Below, piece by piece: positions 1-10,544 of a stretch of DNA of 64,000 nt. Position numbers and translations under genes: made by a program. Location: the NCBI GenBank assembly GCA_037130655.1, contig JBAXSP010000004.1:337-64336 (forward strand). The letters are read 5' to 3'. A model generated the notes under the pieces. It was not told the origin of the DNA. It did not search any database and worked only from the letters and a program-made list of their open reading frames with translations. The number at the start of each line of letters is the position of its first letter. Position 1 is the stretch's first letter. The DNA comes from a bacterium (GTDB lineage Bacteria; Patescibacteriota; Minisyncoccia; Phycocordibacterales; UBA9973).

Positions 1-356
1 TTCTTGGTCATAATTGCCACATCTTCGGTAAATTGCCGAATGAATTCGATATATTCTTTTGTTTGAATTTTAAGGAGCGGTTCTGTTTGTTCCTCGTAGC
101 GTTTTTCCAAAATCATCAAATATGGACGAATGTCGAGACGTCGTGACTGAATTACGATTTGTGTAGAAAAATCGAGTGAATTCAAAAAAGATTGGAACTG
201 CATAAGCACCGCTTGTTGTTCATCAAATGATTTCAAAGAAAGGTTGATTGAAGATGCCAAAACAATAGCACGCAAACCGCCGCCTTTTAAGACAACGATA
301 CCGTCTCTTATTTCTTTGATTGGAACAAAATCTTGTGTTGCATTTTGTGTAGCCAT
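1..356 (-). CDS. Putative VirB4/TrbE-like type IV secretion ATPase, N-terminal fragment (the C-terminus lies beyond the window start)
   Basis: The frame is open from ATG (rc of 354-356) to the window edge. The translation MATQNATQDFVPIKEIRDGIVVLKGGGLRAIVLASSINLSLKSFDEQQAVLMQF resembles the N-termini of Gram-positive VirB4-family ATPases, and the gene lies directly downstream of a PrgI-like gene. It is not in the ORF track because no stop falls inside the window. Confidence 0.45.
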   Translation of the reverse strand, partial: MATQNATQDFVPIKEIRDGIVVLKGGGLRAIVLASSINLSLKSFDEQQAVLMQFQSFLNSLDFSTQIVIQSRRLDIRPYLMILEKRYEEQTEPLLKIQTKEYIEFIRQFTEDVAIMTK

Positions 357-376
357 TGCAAATATTATAGCACCAT

Positions 377-488
377 AATGACTAATTACTAATGACCAGT
401 GACTAGTAAAAGATTGATTTCACTTCGTGAAATCAATCTTTATTTATTTTTATATTAGTCATTAGTCATTGGACACTAGTCATTATTT
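377..488. repeat. Heptamer-array/terminator composite element, copy 1
   Basis: Left arm aatgactaattactaatgaccagtgactagtaa. Hairpin gattgatttcacttcgtgaaatcaatc followed by a T-run. Right arm ttagtcattagtcattggacactagtcatt. Sits between the PrgI stop and the VirB4-like start. Confidence 0.7.
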
Positions 489-891
489 ATTGCTGTCCTT
501 TATCCAAAACATCCAAACTCCATGCAATATCTCGAAGCTTTTCCTCGGTCAATTTATGGTTTGTGCCTGAGACAGGTGTTTGATCTTTTTTAATGATCTC
601 TTTTTTCTTTTGACCTGGCTGTTTCCAAATATACAGTTTGTTTGAAACAGAATAAGACAACCAAGATTGCAATATCACAATAAAAGGTTGATCATTTATC
701 TTATAAAATGCGAGCATGAGTGCAAGTCCCGCAAAAAATACCGCTACTGGCAGCCCCAAAAAAGACGGCAACAGCTTAAGCGACAAATACGTCAAACCCG
801 CACCACCTGCCAAATACAATGCTTGTTTCCAGGTAAGTGGACCAAAAATCTTGTCTTCGATATCAATAAATTGTGGTACTTTGAACTGCAT
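487..891 (-). CDS. PrgI-family small membrane protein (T4SS VirB3-like)
   Basis: 134 aa. The N-terminal MQFKVPQFIDIEDKIFGPLTWKQALYLAGG matches the characteristic PrgI-family signature (YxVPQ..E.EDKI.GP.T.RQ) and is followed by two hydrophobic helices. Confidence 0.6.
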   Translation of the reverse strand: MQFKVPQFIDIEDKIFGPLTWKQALYLAGGAGLTYLSLKLLPSFLGLPVAVFFAGLALMLAFYKINDQPFIVILQSWLSYSVSNKLYIWKQPGQKKKEIIKKDQTPVSGTNHKLTEEKLRDIAWSLDVLDKGQQ

Positions 892-917
892 AAGATAATA
901 GATACTTAATAATTAAC

Positions 918-1643
918 TTAAATTTCTTCGCGATAGACATCATTACTTCGAGAAGAGATGTTTTCTACTCTCGGCAGTGACTGGTCTGTCTTTGTACTAG
1001 GAATACCGAAACTACTATTTAGTTTTGTTTGGGCAATTCCTTTGAAAATAACTGGCTCACTTTTTGTTGGGTGCTCGATAGCTTCCATCAAATTTGCTTC
1101 ACTCATATTCTTGTTTGTAGTGTCGATTGCTGGCCCCATACGCTGTGTCAATTCATTTTGACTCGGCAATTCATCAAACGAAATTCCAGCATTTGAAAAT
1201 GTTTTCATTTCTCGCTTGTTGATATTTGCAACAATTTCATTTTCATTCGATTGAGGCTGAACAACCTCTTCTGCTGGCTCCTCTTCGATTTCAATTCCAG
1301 CATTATACATGATGTCTTCAGGCTCTTCTGGTGGTTTATATGAAAGCACGTCATTTTCTTCTGCAATAATAGCATTTAACGCTATTTTAAAAGGACCAAA
1401 AACTGTTGCATCGATATCTTTTATCATTGCAGACAATTGTGTGTCAGGTAGTCCTGTTTTTCTTAACTCTCCAGCAAAACCGTTCACATCAAGCGCTCCT
1501 TCAAGAAATTCTTTTATGATTGTTTGCATCATGTTAGTTTTTTCTTGTAGTCCATACTTGCCACAAACAACACCTATCAAATCATCTATCTTGATTTCAT
1601 GATATGCACCGTATATTTGAGTGATTGTTCCTAAGTTATTCAT
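918..1643 (-). CDS. Hypothetical acidic protein
   Basis: 241 aa ORF that is co-oriented and nearly contiguous with its flanking genes. No recognisable motif. Confidence 0.5.
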   Translation of the reverse strand: MNNLGTITQIYGAYHEIKIDDLIGVVCGKYGLQEKTNMMQTIIKEFLEGALDVNGFAGELRKTGLPDTQLSAMIKDIDATVFGPFKIALNAIIAEENDVLSYKPPEEPEDIMYNAGIEIEEEPAEEVVQPQSNENEIVANINKREMKTFSNAGISFDELPSQNELTQRMGPAIDTTNKNMSEANLMEAIEHPTKSEPVIFKGIAQTKLNSSFGIPSTKTDQSLPRVENISSRSNDVYREEI

Positions 1644-1646
1644 ATA

Positions 1647-4600
1647 TTATTTCTTTTCTTCTTTTGGTTTTCCTCCACTTTCTATTTTTTCTTTATTTTC
1701 TTTGATTTTTGTTTTGTTTGAATCAATTTGAGTAGTCAATGTCTCTTTTTGTCGAGAGAAATTTTTTCTATCAGATGAAACGCTTCCCAAGAATTTCATT
1801 CGAGAACGAATCTTATCGAGTTCTTTCTTATCTACTGTTCCGCTCTGTTCTTTTTGATACAATTCGTCTCGTAATGTTTCATTTTGTTCGAAGACATAAT
1901 CTTCTACTGTTGTAGTAATCATATCTTGCAACTGTTTCTCTTTTCGAATAATATTCTTAGCCATTTCTTCAGCTGATTTCTTTGCCTTCTTCTTCTCGTC
2001 ATCACTCAGTTCCGTGAAATTAGCAGCTTGTTTATCAGCATCAGTCATGTCAACAAACTTACCAGTTGCTGCGTCTCGTTTTTTACCAAGCTTCTTATTG
2101 ATTTCATCCTCTTCAGTAAGAATTGCTTTCTTTTCATCAACAATTTTCTTATATTCTTCATTGTTTGCTTTGAGGTCATCGATTTTATCTTTCAACGGCT
2201 TAAGTTCTGCGTTATTTTCTATCAAACCAGTATTTCTTGCCAATGCGCTTTCTGCTGCAGTAACTCTTCTTTCATTCTCTTTATTGGCGCGTTCAAGATC
2301 CTCATTTTGATTTTGAAGCTTAACTGCATCAGCCTTGGCTTTTTCACTTTGTTTTGCGTATTTCTCTTTGATATCTTTGTTAATACGATTATCAGCAACA
2401 GCACTTCCTAAAAGAGAAGCACCTACTACAGCACCGACACCTGTACCAACCAAAGCACTTCCTGCAACCGAGCCTGAAAAACGACCTGCACCACCAACAA
2501 CACCCGCAGCAACAACCCCTTGTGTAGCCCTGTCATTATCTTTTGACCTACCAATAAAGCTGGTTGCCTTATTGAGCACAGATCCGGTAACAGAGAAGTC
2601 GTCAAATCTTGTATCGAGACGTGCCAATAGTTTTTCAAGGCGATCATCTTCGACTTTTTTACGCATAGCTTTGATATCTTCTGGTTTTGCATCTTTACCA
2701 AGCTCTTCAAATCGCTTGCCATATTTTGCTTCGTGTTTTTTCTTGAATTCTTCTTCAAATTTCTTTTTCTCGTCGTCTGTTTTTGCTGCATAATTTGCTG
2801 CAATTTTTTCTTTTTCAATTTTATCTTTATATATTGTTTCGTACTTTTCAACCTGATTATCATGCATTTCTTTAAACTGAGTATCTGTGACATGTGATAT
2901 TTTTGATTGTCGCTCGATTTCTTTTTCCTTCTTTTCTTGTCGTTCTTTTTGATATGTAGCAAATCCTGTTTTATTTGCATCAAGACCAACGGCCCCCATA
3001 GAAAGACCGGCACCTCCAAGAAATGCATTTGTAGTTTTACCACTCATATCGAAACCTGATACCTTACTAAAACCACCTGACACCGCATTAAATCCTTTTG
3101 TATTTCTTACATCAAAAGAACCGTCTTTTGCTTTGTCAAAAGTTTTGAGACCAAGTTTTGCAAATTTACCACTAATACCACCTTTTGCTTCGGCCGCAGC
3201 CAATCGTTCAGCAAGCTTTGCTCCTGTCCCACTTGTTGCTGCAGCACCAAGTGTATTTCTTCCTATTAAAGCAGCTCCGCCAGTTGCCGCACCGAGAGCA
3301 ACACCACCAACAACACCTGCGGCTTGTGTAATTTTCCCTGCCAACTCCTTTGCAACTGATCCAGCCAAACTTACCGCAGTATCTTTTGCTTTTCCAAGCA
3401 TCACGATAATGAATATAAATGGCATGACAACTCCTAATATCCAAGAAGTGTTTGATTCGCCTGACTCCTTCAAAAGAGGTGCTCCGATTTGCACAAACAA
3501 CAATATCAAATACATAAACACCATAAAAATAGGTGCCATCATTGCTATCTTAAATGTCTCTTTCAACCAAGAATCAAATGAAATACCTCCCATTTTCCAC
3601 CCTTTTGGAAGAATATTAGAAACAAAAGCAAGTGGAGAAGTGATTGTCTGCACCCAAAGACCAATGACTCGTCCAACAAATAATATTCCTATCTTGAAGA
3701 AAATACCTGCACCAATCACATTAAGAATAACTGCGCAGATAGTAATGAGAATAAATGTAGTATTATCCAAATCACCACCACTACTAGCCTCGTTTCTTCC
3801 TGCATTTTTTGAATTTACATCATCATAAAGCTTGTCTTTTCCTTCGAGTACAATACGCTGTGGGTCGAAACCAGAAACAATCACCTCCGACATTCCATGA
3901 GCAACAGTTCGCTCGCCAGTACTTCTATCTATTTTGGTTATAGCGATTGTGTCTGAGTTATAAAACAACCTGGCCGTCACGTTCCCTGTATCAATAATAA
4001 TTCGAGTCAAGAAAAAACTAAAATTAATCGTAACCGCAGCAATAATAATCGGTATAATCATTTTTTTCCAATCAACACCACCTGTCTCAAGTAATGTACC
4101 GATTGCGATGTACATCATCATTACAATAAAAGCTATATTACAAAGATCACGCACAAGTGCCCACGCCTTTTGAACAAACTGCGATGAATTATCATAAGAA
4201 GAACTTTGAATCGAGTAGTCGAAAGTAAAATCAAACAACATACCCGCAACCATAAAGAGCCAAGATGTTGGTACATATAAAACATAATAGAGTAACTGCG
4301 CAAAACAACCTGACATCGAAATACCATCTGAAACACCCAGCCAGCATCTTGGCATACTTTCATCCGGATCAAGTGCACCTGCTTCACCTGACTGCTCAAG
4401 TGTGCCATTTGTCAATCCAATAGTTCCTTCTGCTTTATAATTAGCACCCCCAACCTGATCACTACCACCAGTCTTAAAAGTCATATTCTTAATAACATCA
4501 CCTCCTAGACCTTTATTAATTAATACTAATTGGGCAACATAATCAGTACCACTACCCAATCCCTCTATACGAAAAGATCCTTTTGTTTCAATATTTTGTG

Positions 4601-5135
4601 TATTAATTTGGATAGGAAATAAGAAAGCATTATTTGGAATAGAGCTGACACCCGAAACAGGAGTTGTTCCTTTATATACAACAATAAAAGCAGCATTATC
4701 TATTTTAATGTTTCTAATGGATTCATAATAAACAGCGCGAACCTTGGGAACGTCTTGCCCTGCGACTGTTTCTTTTTGAGAATAACCTATTTCAAGATCA
4801 TTCTTGCTATCAAAATAAACAGCGGATCCATATACCTGTACTTTATATGTACCATTGGCTTCTGCTGTTGGTTTATTGTTCCCAACATAATCATCTGCAT
4901 AATAATCAATTGTTTTCACTAAATTATTTGTTGAAACAAGGTCATATTCTATTTCATGTGTAGAATACCCTGTGTAATTACCTTTTGTACGAATATAACT
5001 TTTACTAAAATCATCGGACAAAGTAGATGCTTTTGCTATATTGGTAGAAAATCCTTGCAAAGAAAAAACAAGCGGAGAAAAAGCCAAGACTCCGAGAATC
5101 AAACTTATTACGCTCTTGGAAAAAAAGCGATACAT
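1647..5135 (-). CDS. Large polytopic membrane protein, possibly VirB6/TrbL-like, with Gly/Ala-rich and KE-rich coiled-coil C-terminal region
   Basis: 1162 aa. N-terminal signal/TM (MYRFFSKSVISLILGVLAFSPLVFS). The central region has multiple hydrophobic helices (e.g. LLYYVLYVPTSWLFMVAGMLFDFTF, IAFIVMMMYIAIGTLL, IIPIIIAAVTINFSFFLTRIIID). It sits in a cluster with PrgI and the VirB4-like gene. Confidence 0.4.
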   Translation of the reverse strand: MYRFFSKSVISLILGVLAFSPLVFSLQGFSTNIAKASTLSDDFSKSYIRTKGNYTGYSTHEIEYDLVSTNNLVKTIDYYADDYVGNNKPTAEANGTYKVQVYGSAVYFDSKNDLEIGYSQKETVAGQDVPKVRAVYYESIRNIKIDNAAFIVVYKGTTPVSGVSSIPNNAFLFPIQINTQNIETKGSFRIEGLGSGTDYVAQLVLINKGLGGDVIKNMTFKTGGSDQVGGANYKAEGTIGLTNGTLEQSGEAGALDPDESMPRCWLGVSDGISMSGCFAQLLYYVLYVPTSWLFMVAGMLFDFTFDYSIQSSSYDNSSQFVQKAWALVRDLCNIAFIVMMMYIAIGTLLETGGVDWKKMIIPIIIAAVTINFSFFLTRIIIDTGNVTARLFYNSDTIAITKIDRSTGERTVAHGMSEVIVSGFDPQRIVLEGKDKLYDDVNSKNAGRNEASSGGDLDNTTFILITICAVILNVIGAGIFFKIGILFVGRVIGLWVQTITSPLAFVSNILPKGWKMGGISFDSWLKETFKIAMMAPIFMVFMYLILLFVQIGAPLLKESGESNTSWILGVVMPFIFIIVMLGKAKDTAVSLAGSVAKELAGKITQAAGVVGGVALGAATGGAALIGRNTLGAAATSGTGAKLAERLAAAEAKGGISGKFAKLGLKTFDKAKDGSFDVRNTKGFNAVSGGFSKVSGFDMSGKTTNAFLGGAGLSMGAVGLDANKTGFATYQKERQEKKEKEIERQSKISHVTDTQFKEMHDNQVEKYETIYKDKIEKEKIAANYAAKTDDEKKKFEEEFKKKHEAKYGKRFEELGKDAKPEDIKAMRKKVEDDRLEKLLARLDTRFDDFSVTGSVLNKATSFIGRSKDNDRATQGVVAAGVVGGAGRFSGSVAGSALVGTGVGAVVGASLLGSAVADNRINKDIKEKYAKQSEKAKADAVKLQNQNEDLERANKENERRVTAAESALARNTGLIENNAELKPLKDKIDDLKANNEEYKKIVDEKKAILTEEDEINKKLGKKRDAATGKFVDMTDADKQAANFTELSDDEKKKAKKSAEEMAKNIIRKEKQLQDMITTTVEDYVFEQNETLRDELYQKEQSGTVDKKELDKIRSRMKFLGSVSSDRKNFSRQKETLTTQIDSNKTKIKENKEKIESGGKPKEEKK

Positions 5136-5157
5136 ATATACACAAAGTATATCACTG

Positions 5158-5258
5158 TCAGTTGATAGTTGTTAGTTGATAGTTGTGAGAAAAACAAAAG
5201 CGTGATGGACGAAGTCCATCACGCTTTTGTTTTTTATTAGTCACTAGTTATTGAACAT
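5158..5258. repeat. Heptamer-array/terminator composite element, copy 2 (variant left arm AGTTGAT/AGTTGTT)
   Basis: Left arm tcagttgatagttgttagttgatagttgtgag. Hairpin aaaagcgtgatggacgaagtccatcacgctttt. Right arm attagtcactagttattgaacatt. Confidence 0.6.
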
Positions 5259-5263
5259 TATAC

Positions 5264-7540
5264 TTATTGTCCAATTCCAAAGATTTTCTCAAATGTACTA
5301 CTGAAACCACATTTGTTTTTTGTATCATACAGTGGCTGTTGGCTTTGTTTAACACTATCATAATATGTCTTTCCTGTGTCATATGCTAAACCTAAATTAT
5401 ATCCATCTGACCAACTAATATCTGATTTACAATTAAATCCAATTCCATCACCTACTACACCTTGACCGTAGTCAAATGCTGCAAACGATCGCTGAACAGC
5501 ATCTTGTATGCCGGCCCACGGAACACCACCCTTTTGTTCTTTGTCTTCTTTTCCAAATGAATAAAATACATTCGTATTTGCATCTGCACGGGGATTGTTA
5601 TAATTAGTATACGAAACACTACCGTCTTTATTATACCGAGGAACATTAATCTTATAACCACCAACATCATCATCATCATCATACAAAGACTCACTTAAAT
5701 GTGTCCACGATAAAATCAATTCCTGTCCTTGTTTATGATTATCCCAACGACAATCTTGTGTATCCCCTGAGGCACTTGCTTGATCTGTGTCAAAAATAAT
5801 CGAACTATCAACATAAAATGGTGCGATTCGACGTTTTGGACTCTTTGATGGATCTGGCACCAAATCTCCATTTGCAATATCTTGTGTTTGCTCCTGACAG
5901 ATTGAGGTTAGTTCTTTGACGTAATTTTTTGAATTTTGTAATTCTTCAATATCATGACCGATACCTGCGATTGCTTCTGGTGTACGAATCTGTGGTAGTA
6001 ATCTGAAAAATTGTCTGAGCAACTTGTCATATTCCGCTTGTTCATCAGTTGTCAAAATAATTGGTGTATTTTGTCCTGAAGTACCATTTGAACAAGTATT
6101 TCCTGTAGTGTCTGGAACATAAGTATCAGTGTCGAAGAAATTATCCTTGTCGAGGTCTGGGCAGTATATTTTTTGCAAATTTAACGGAAGATTATCACAC
6201 AAATCAGTTCCTGTATTTGTTGTTTGTATTTGAATACTAGTATTTGCACGAAGGGTTTTACCTGCTTTAGTAACACAAGAGATAGCATAGCGTGAATCTT
6301 TGTTTTTTGGAGTTACTCCAAAATTTTGTACTGGAGTGGTGTTATCAGGTACAGGTTTTGAGCCGATCCATGACGATGTATCTACACCCCCAGTAGAAAC
6401 AGTTGCTCCTGCTCCGACTCCTTCACAAGAAGCAAATGCTGTGCCTGCAGGTGAAAACCAAAAGAGTGTACTTGTACCGTCTGGTTGCACCACTTCCGGT
6501 GAAGCAATCAAAGATAATTCTTTTGAAGCATCAGCATTTGGATTACATTCTGGCATCAAAACAGAAACATTTGCAGGATATATACTACAATCTTTTGTTG
6601 TATTCCCTGATGTTCCATCGTCAAGAATAAGTGCCACTTGAGCAACAACATATTCTTTTGGTGGAGTAGTGTCTGCTGTTTCTACCTGACTCTCTGCAGT
6701 ACCAAAACCAATAGTACTTGCAGTTTCAGTTTTTGCAGTAGAACTTAGTTGTGCTTGTACTGGTTTTTCACAGGTGAGCACATAGATAATTTCTTTGTCA
6801 CCATATGGCATTTGAGTTTTTTTGGTTTGCGGTTTTGTAGGTACTGGCTGTTTACCATTCCAGTTATATAACTTACTTTGTACATACGCAGTTGCGTTGA
6901 CACCTTTTGATTTCAAATCTTTTTGCTGATAGACCCCACCCGCATATGAACCAACGCAGCTTGCAAAATCCATTTTTGTTGGAGATGACCAAGAGATAGT
7001 GAGTTGATCTTTTGTTTTCGCCGTATCAGTTGAAGCGGTCACTACCAAATCTTTGGTTGCAATCGTATCTCTTTTGATTAACTCTTTGAGTGCATCCTCA
7101 TTGTTTGAGGGAATAGCAGAAGGTCCATTGTCTGAATTTGTATCTAATACATCTTGCAATAATTCAGTAGACGTATCTTTGCTATCAATAACACCATCTT
7201 TGTTGGTATCAATCACTGCATCTTTGTTGTTGATTACACCATCACCATTGGTATCTTTGGTTGGAATAAGTGAACCTTTTAAAGGAATAGTACTTCCGGT
7301 GGTTGATGATGCACTTGTGTTGTTTGTAGCATCTTCTGCTGTACCATTTTTGATGGTATCTTTTTTCTTTGGCAAAAGATTCCCAAGATCGACAAAAAAT
7401 TGCGCGCGTTGATTTGCGTCTTTGGTGATAGGATTTGCAACTTGCTTACTACCAATCAGTATCGCCAAAATTGCAACGACTAACACAACAAAAATAAGTG
7501 CTACTATTTTTATTCTTTTTTTCTTTTCTTCATTCATCAT
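5264..7540 (-). CDS. Secreted or membrane-anchored hypothetical protein with Asp-rich calcium-binding-like repeats (DTNGDGVINNKD / DTNKDGVIDSKD)
   Basis: 758 aa. N-terminal TM (IVALIFVVLVVAILAILIG), Thr/Ser-rich linkers, and tandem D-x-D-G-D-G-like repeats typical of thrombospondin type 3 or dockerin-like Ca-binding loops. Confidence 0.5.
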   Translation of the reverse strand: MMNEEKKKRIKIVALIFVVLVVAILAILIGSKQVANPITKDANQRAQFFVDLGNLLPKKKDTIKNGTAEDATNNTSASSTTGSTIPLKGSLIPTKDTNGDGVINNKDAVIDTNKDGVIDSKDTSTELLQDVLDTNSDNGPSAIPSNNEDALKELIKRDTIATKDLVVTASTDTAKTKDQLTISWSSPTKMDFASCVGSYAGGVYQQKDLKSKGVNATAYVQSKLYNWNGKQPVPTKPQTKKTQMPYGDKEIIYVLTCEKPVQAQLSSTAKTETASTIGFGTAESQVETADTTPPKEYVVAQVALILDDGTSGNTTKDCSIYPANVSVLMPECNPNADASKELSLIASPEVVQPDGTSTLFWFSPAGTAFASCEGVGAGATVSTGGVDTSSWIGSKPVPDNTTPVQNFGVTPKNKDSRYAISCVTKAGKTLRANTSIQIQTTNTGTDLCDNLPLNLQKIYCPDLDKDNFFDTDTYVPDTTGNTCSNGTSGQNTPIILTTDEQAEYDKLLRQFFRLLPQIRTPEAIAGIGHDIEELQNSKNYVKELTSICQEQTQDIANGDLVPDPSKSPKRRIAPFYVDSSIIFDTDQASASGDTQDCRWDNHKQGQELILSWTHLSESLYDDDDDVGGYKINVPRYNKDGSVSYTNYNNPRADANTNVFYSFGKEDKEQKGGVPWAGIQDAVQRSFAAFDYGQGVVGDGIGFNCKSDISWSDGYNLGLAYDTGKTYYDSVKQSQQPLYDTKNKCGFSSTFEKIFGIGQ

Positions 7541-7545
7541 ATATA

Positions 7546-9651
7546 TTAATGTACACCTACATTACCTGTTGTTCCATTGGCCGACCCAGTAGTGGTACCA
7601 TTTGTTGTATTGTTGGTTGTGTTATTACTTGTTGCATTCCCACCAATTCCTGTTGCAGTACCTGCGCCAGTTGTTGTACCTCCAGGACCATATGTTGCAC
7701 CACCGCCGACACTTGTCGTACCGTTGGCATTACCAGTATTTCCAAAAATTCCACCAAATGGTTCTATTGTGCCGAGACAAGCCGGATCAATTGGAAGTGC
7801 ATTAATATTATCTACTTGTACTTTTTGCCCTGGGCCATATTTTAGTTTTGCTTCATCCGCCAAACGTTTGTATACCCTATTCATCAAATTATCCATTTTC
7901 TTTTGAACTGCAAAAACTTGATTGGTTGTTGCCATAACATCGATAGCTTCGTTTTGATTGTCTAAAATTTGCTGTGAATATTGTGGCCACAGTTCAAGTT
8001 CTTTGTTGGCAGTTCTTGCTATCGGCATGACGTTTGGATTTGTCACATATGTGTTGCTGATGAAGTTGTTGTACAGATCAACTGAATCTCGATATGAACC
8101 ACGGAGTACAGAGAGGATGCCGTTAATGATTGTCTGAGCATCAATTGATTTCCAAAAACTCTGCCAGCCACTAACAGTAACACTTTTGATTAGAGCATTA
8201 TGCAACCCATCAAGACGACTATTGATAACAGCATCAGCATTATCTTCCCATCCAGGACGAGGACCAGGAATACAATAGGAAAGATCGTGCAGTGGGTACC
8301 CACACCAATCTGTTGTCATCTCATTCAAATTATCACTATATTTAGCCAAACTAGATTCATAGTTTACATTCCCTGAACCTGCACTTGCTTTGTTTAATTG
8401 CTTGATTCGACGAGCAACTGACGGAGCATCTTTGTTTGCACTATACTGATCGAGTGTTTTTTGGTCTCCAATATAACTGAGCTGTGTAATCAACACGTCA
8501 GGCAGTATTTCATGATCAAACACCCGTGGGTCGATTGGTTTGTTTGGGGCAACTTTCAACCAATCAGATGCATCACCATTCGTAAAACCACCACTAATAC
8601 CTGAGACGGAATTATTAAGCCCAGGACCACCTGATGCATAAGAATCGGTAGTTTTTCCTTTTGAAAGACTTGAAAGACCTCGTTTGATCAATTGATCGGT
8701 CAATGCAGTGAAGATTTTTGAAACAGACGTATTTACATCATTAGCGATTTCAAGTTGGCGACCCGTTGTCCCAAGTGCTTGATTGATTTGATTTTGCACC
8801 ACAGAACCAGGTGTGACCACCTCCCATCGATTACAAGTAACTTTTGGATCTGCTTTGTGTGCTTCGACATACCCTGCTGGGTCTACACATTTTTTGACTG
8901 ACAAAAAGTTTGGTTGTGACAATTCTGCTTGTACTGCGCCAACTTTTTGATTGATAAGCTTATCTGATTCTTCAGCAAGATTGATACTCACCCCTAGTGG
9001 ATTATTTCTTTCACTGAGTGTCACACTTTTCCAAGCAGCCCAACCACCACCTTCACTAAAATCTTTTTTGAACACTTTTGGATCAGGACCAGTATATTTG
9101 AAATTATCGAGCGGACTCAAAGATACTTTTCTGTCAGTAATCAATTGCCGAAGTGCAGATTTTGCATACGGAGAAAATGATGGGTCGTCTTCATATTTTG
9201 CAAGTAATCCATTTTTGAGACCATTGATTGATTCATTTTCAATACTCGCAAAAAAAGATTCACGATTTCGAATATACAGCGGATTTCCATCAAATCCACT
9301 ATTAATCCAGTTAACAATACTTTCAGTAAGTTGTTGTAATACTACACGAGCAAGAGATACAGCAATCGCATCAATACAAGCTTTTGTATTGTTTGCTTTT
9401 GCTTGTTGTTTGTCATCAACCTTAACAGCGGCAGTACCTAGTGTCGATCCAGCTTTTTCTTTTGCTTTTTCTTTAAGACCTGAAATAATTCCTTTCCCAA
9501 GCAAACAACCCGCCAATGAAGATGCTGTAGCCGAACCGAGCGAAGCACCAAGTGAAGCACCGTCGAGCGCTTCAGCTTTTGGAGGAATAGCAACAATCAA
9601 AAAACTAACGAGCAGTATTGAGGTGATTGTTTTTTTGAAAAAAGTAAGCAT
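7546..9651 (-). CDS. Secreted hypothetical protein with C-terminal Gly/Thr/Asn-rich low-complexity tail
   Basis: 701 aa with an N-terminal signal peptide (MLTFFKKTITSILLVSFLIVAIPPKAEA). The C-terminal ~70 aa are GTTTGAGTATG-type low complexity. Confidence 0.5.
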   Translation of the reverse strand: MLTFFKKTITSILLVSFLIVAIPPKAEALDGASLGASLGSATASSLAGCLLGKGIISGLKEKAKEKAGSTLGTAAVKVDDKQQAKANNTKACIDAIAVSLARVVLQQLTESIVNWINSGFDGNPLYIRNRESFFASIENESINGLKNGLLAKYEDDPSFSPYAKSALRQLITDRKVSLSPLDNFKYTGPDPKVFKKDFSEGGGWAAWKSVTLSERNNPLGVSINLAEESDKLINQKVGAVQAELSQPNFLSVKKCVDPAGYVEAHKADPKVTCNRWEVVTPGSVVQNQINQALGTTGRQLEIANDVNTSVSKIFTALTDQLIKRGLSSLSKGKTTDSYASGGPGLNNSVSGISGGFTNGDASDWLKVAPNKPIDPRVFDHEILPDVLITQLSYIGDQKTLDQYSANKDAPSVARRIKQLNKASAGSGNVNYESSLAKYSDNLNEMTTDWCGYPLHDLSYCIPGPRPGWEDNADAVINSRLDGLHNALIKSVTVSGWQSFWKSIDAQTIINGILSVLRGSYRDSVDLYNNFISNTYVTNPNVMPIARTANKELELWPQYSQQILDNQNEAIDVMATTNQVFAVQKKMDNLMNRVYKRLADEAKLKYGPGQKVQVDNINALPIDPACLGTIEPFGGIFGNTGNANGTTSVGGGATYGPGGTTTGAGTATGIGGNATSNNTTNNTTNGTTTGSANGTTGNVGVH

Positions 9652-9653
9652 AC

Positions 9654-10541
9654 TTAGTTGTTTTTTGGATTAAGTGCAAATAACTGACTACCTATTTCAG
9701 TAAATTCATCGTTATACTTTTTGTACTGAATAATACCGGGCATCGCTACAGTTGCATTATCATACAAAAGTGATAATTTTTTAAGTGCAATACCTACTTT
9801 GATAGAACTATTTGCAAAACGACGGTGTAATTCTACTACATCAGCAGGTACTTTCATTTTTGCAAGCGCACCACCGAGCCCTATATACGCATTACTTACA
9901 TCATCCAAATCTTTTATTCCGTTACGATCTTCATTTTGAAGTGTATACGCAAGTATACCAACCTCATTACCAGCGCCTTGTTTTTCATAAGTAGTGACAA
10001 TTGATTCTAATTCTTTCAAATATTTCTTCTTGTTTTCTACTGTCGAAGGAACACTGCTAATTTTTTCTTTTGAAATAGCGTCAGGCAAAGTATCGTCAGA
10101 AGTAATCTTGTCAGCCAATGTTATTGCGAGCACACTAGCTGATTCATCATTGAGCGCACCTGAGTCTTTGAGTACCATCAAAGAAGAAAAGAATTCTTGT
10201 GCGATTTTATCTGTTTCATTGGTGTCACCACCGCCATTTTGTGAGAGTGATTCACGTTTTTTAGATATATAAGTCAAATCATCAACACCATTGAAAGTGG
10301 CAACTTTTTTTGGATCAGTCCCCCAAAGTGATTCTTCCCAGTCAGCAACACCATCACCATCAGTATCGATAAACACCGCTTCTTTGAGTGTAGCGTTTTG
10401 AATTTTACCTTTTCTTCCGATAGAACCAACGAGACTAGACCAATTAACATATTTAACAAGCACCACAAGCAATAAAATCCCAATAATTATAAGGATTTTT
10501 TTTGAAAATTGTTTACTTGGAAGATATTGTTGAAATGACAT
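9654..10541 (-). CDS. Membrane-anchored hypothetical protein with DTDGDGVADWEE calcium-binding-like motif
   Basis: 295 aa. N-terminal TM (ILIIIGILLLVVLV). Its start overlaps the stop of the upstream gene, which implies an operon. Confidence 0.5.
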   Translation of the reverse strand: MSFQQYLPSKQFSKKILIIIGILLLVVLVKYVNWSSLVGSIGRKGKIQNATLKEAVFIDTDGDGVADWEESLWGTDPKKVATFNGVDDLTYISKKRESLSQNGGGDTNETDKIAQEFFSSLMVLKDSGALNDESASVLAITLADKITSDDTLPDAISKEKISSVPSTVENKKKYLKELESIVTTYEKQGAGNEVGILAYTLQNEDRNGIKDLDDVSNAYIGLGGALAKMKVPADVVELHRRFANSSIKVGIALKKLSLLYDNATVAMPGIIQYKKYNDEFTEIGSQLFALNPKNN

Positions 10542-10544
10542 ATA

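Noticed and set aside
2014-5165. Numerous 60-230-aa ORFs on the opposite strand of the 1162-aa gene, and similarly inside the PBP1A, UvrD, polA, DnaA and other long genes
   Set aside because: They are fully embedded antisense ORFs typical of AT-rich DNA. The sense-strand genes have clear conserved motifs, and the antisense ORFs have low-complexity translations.
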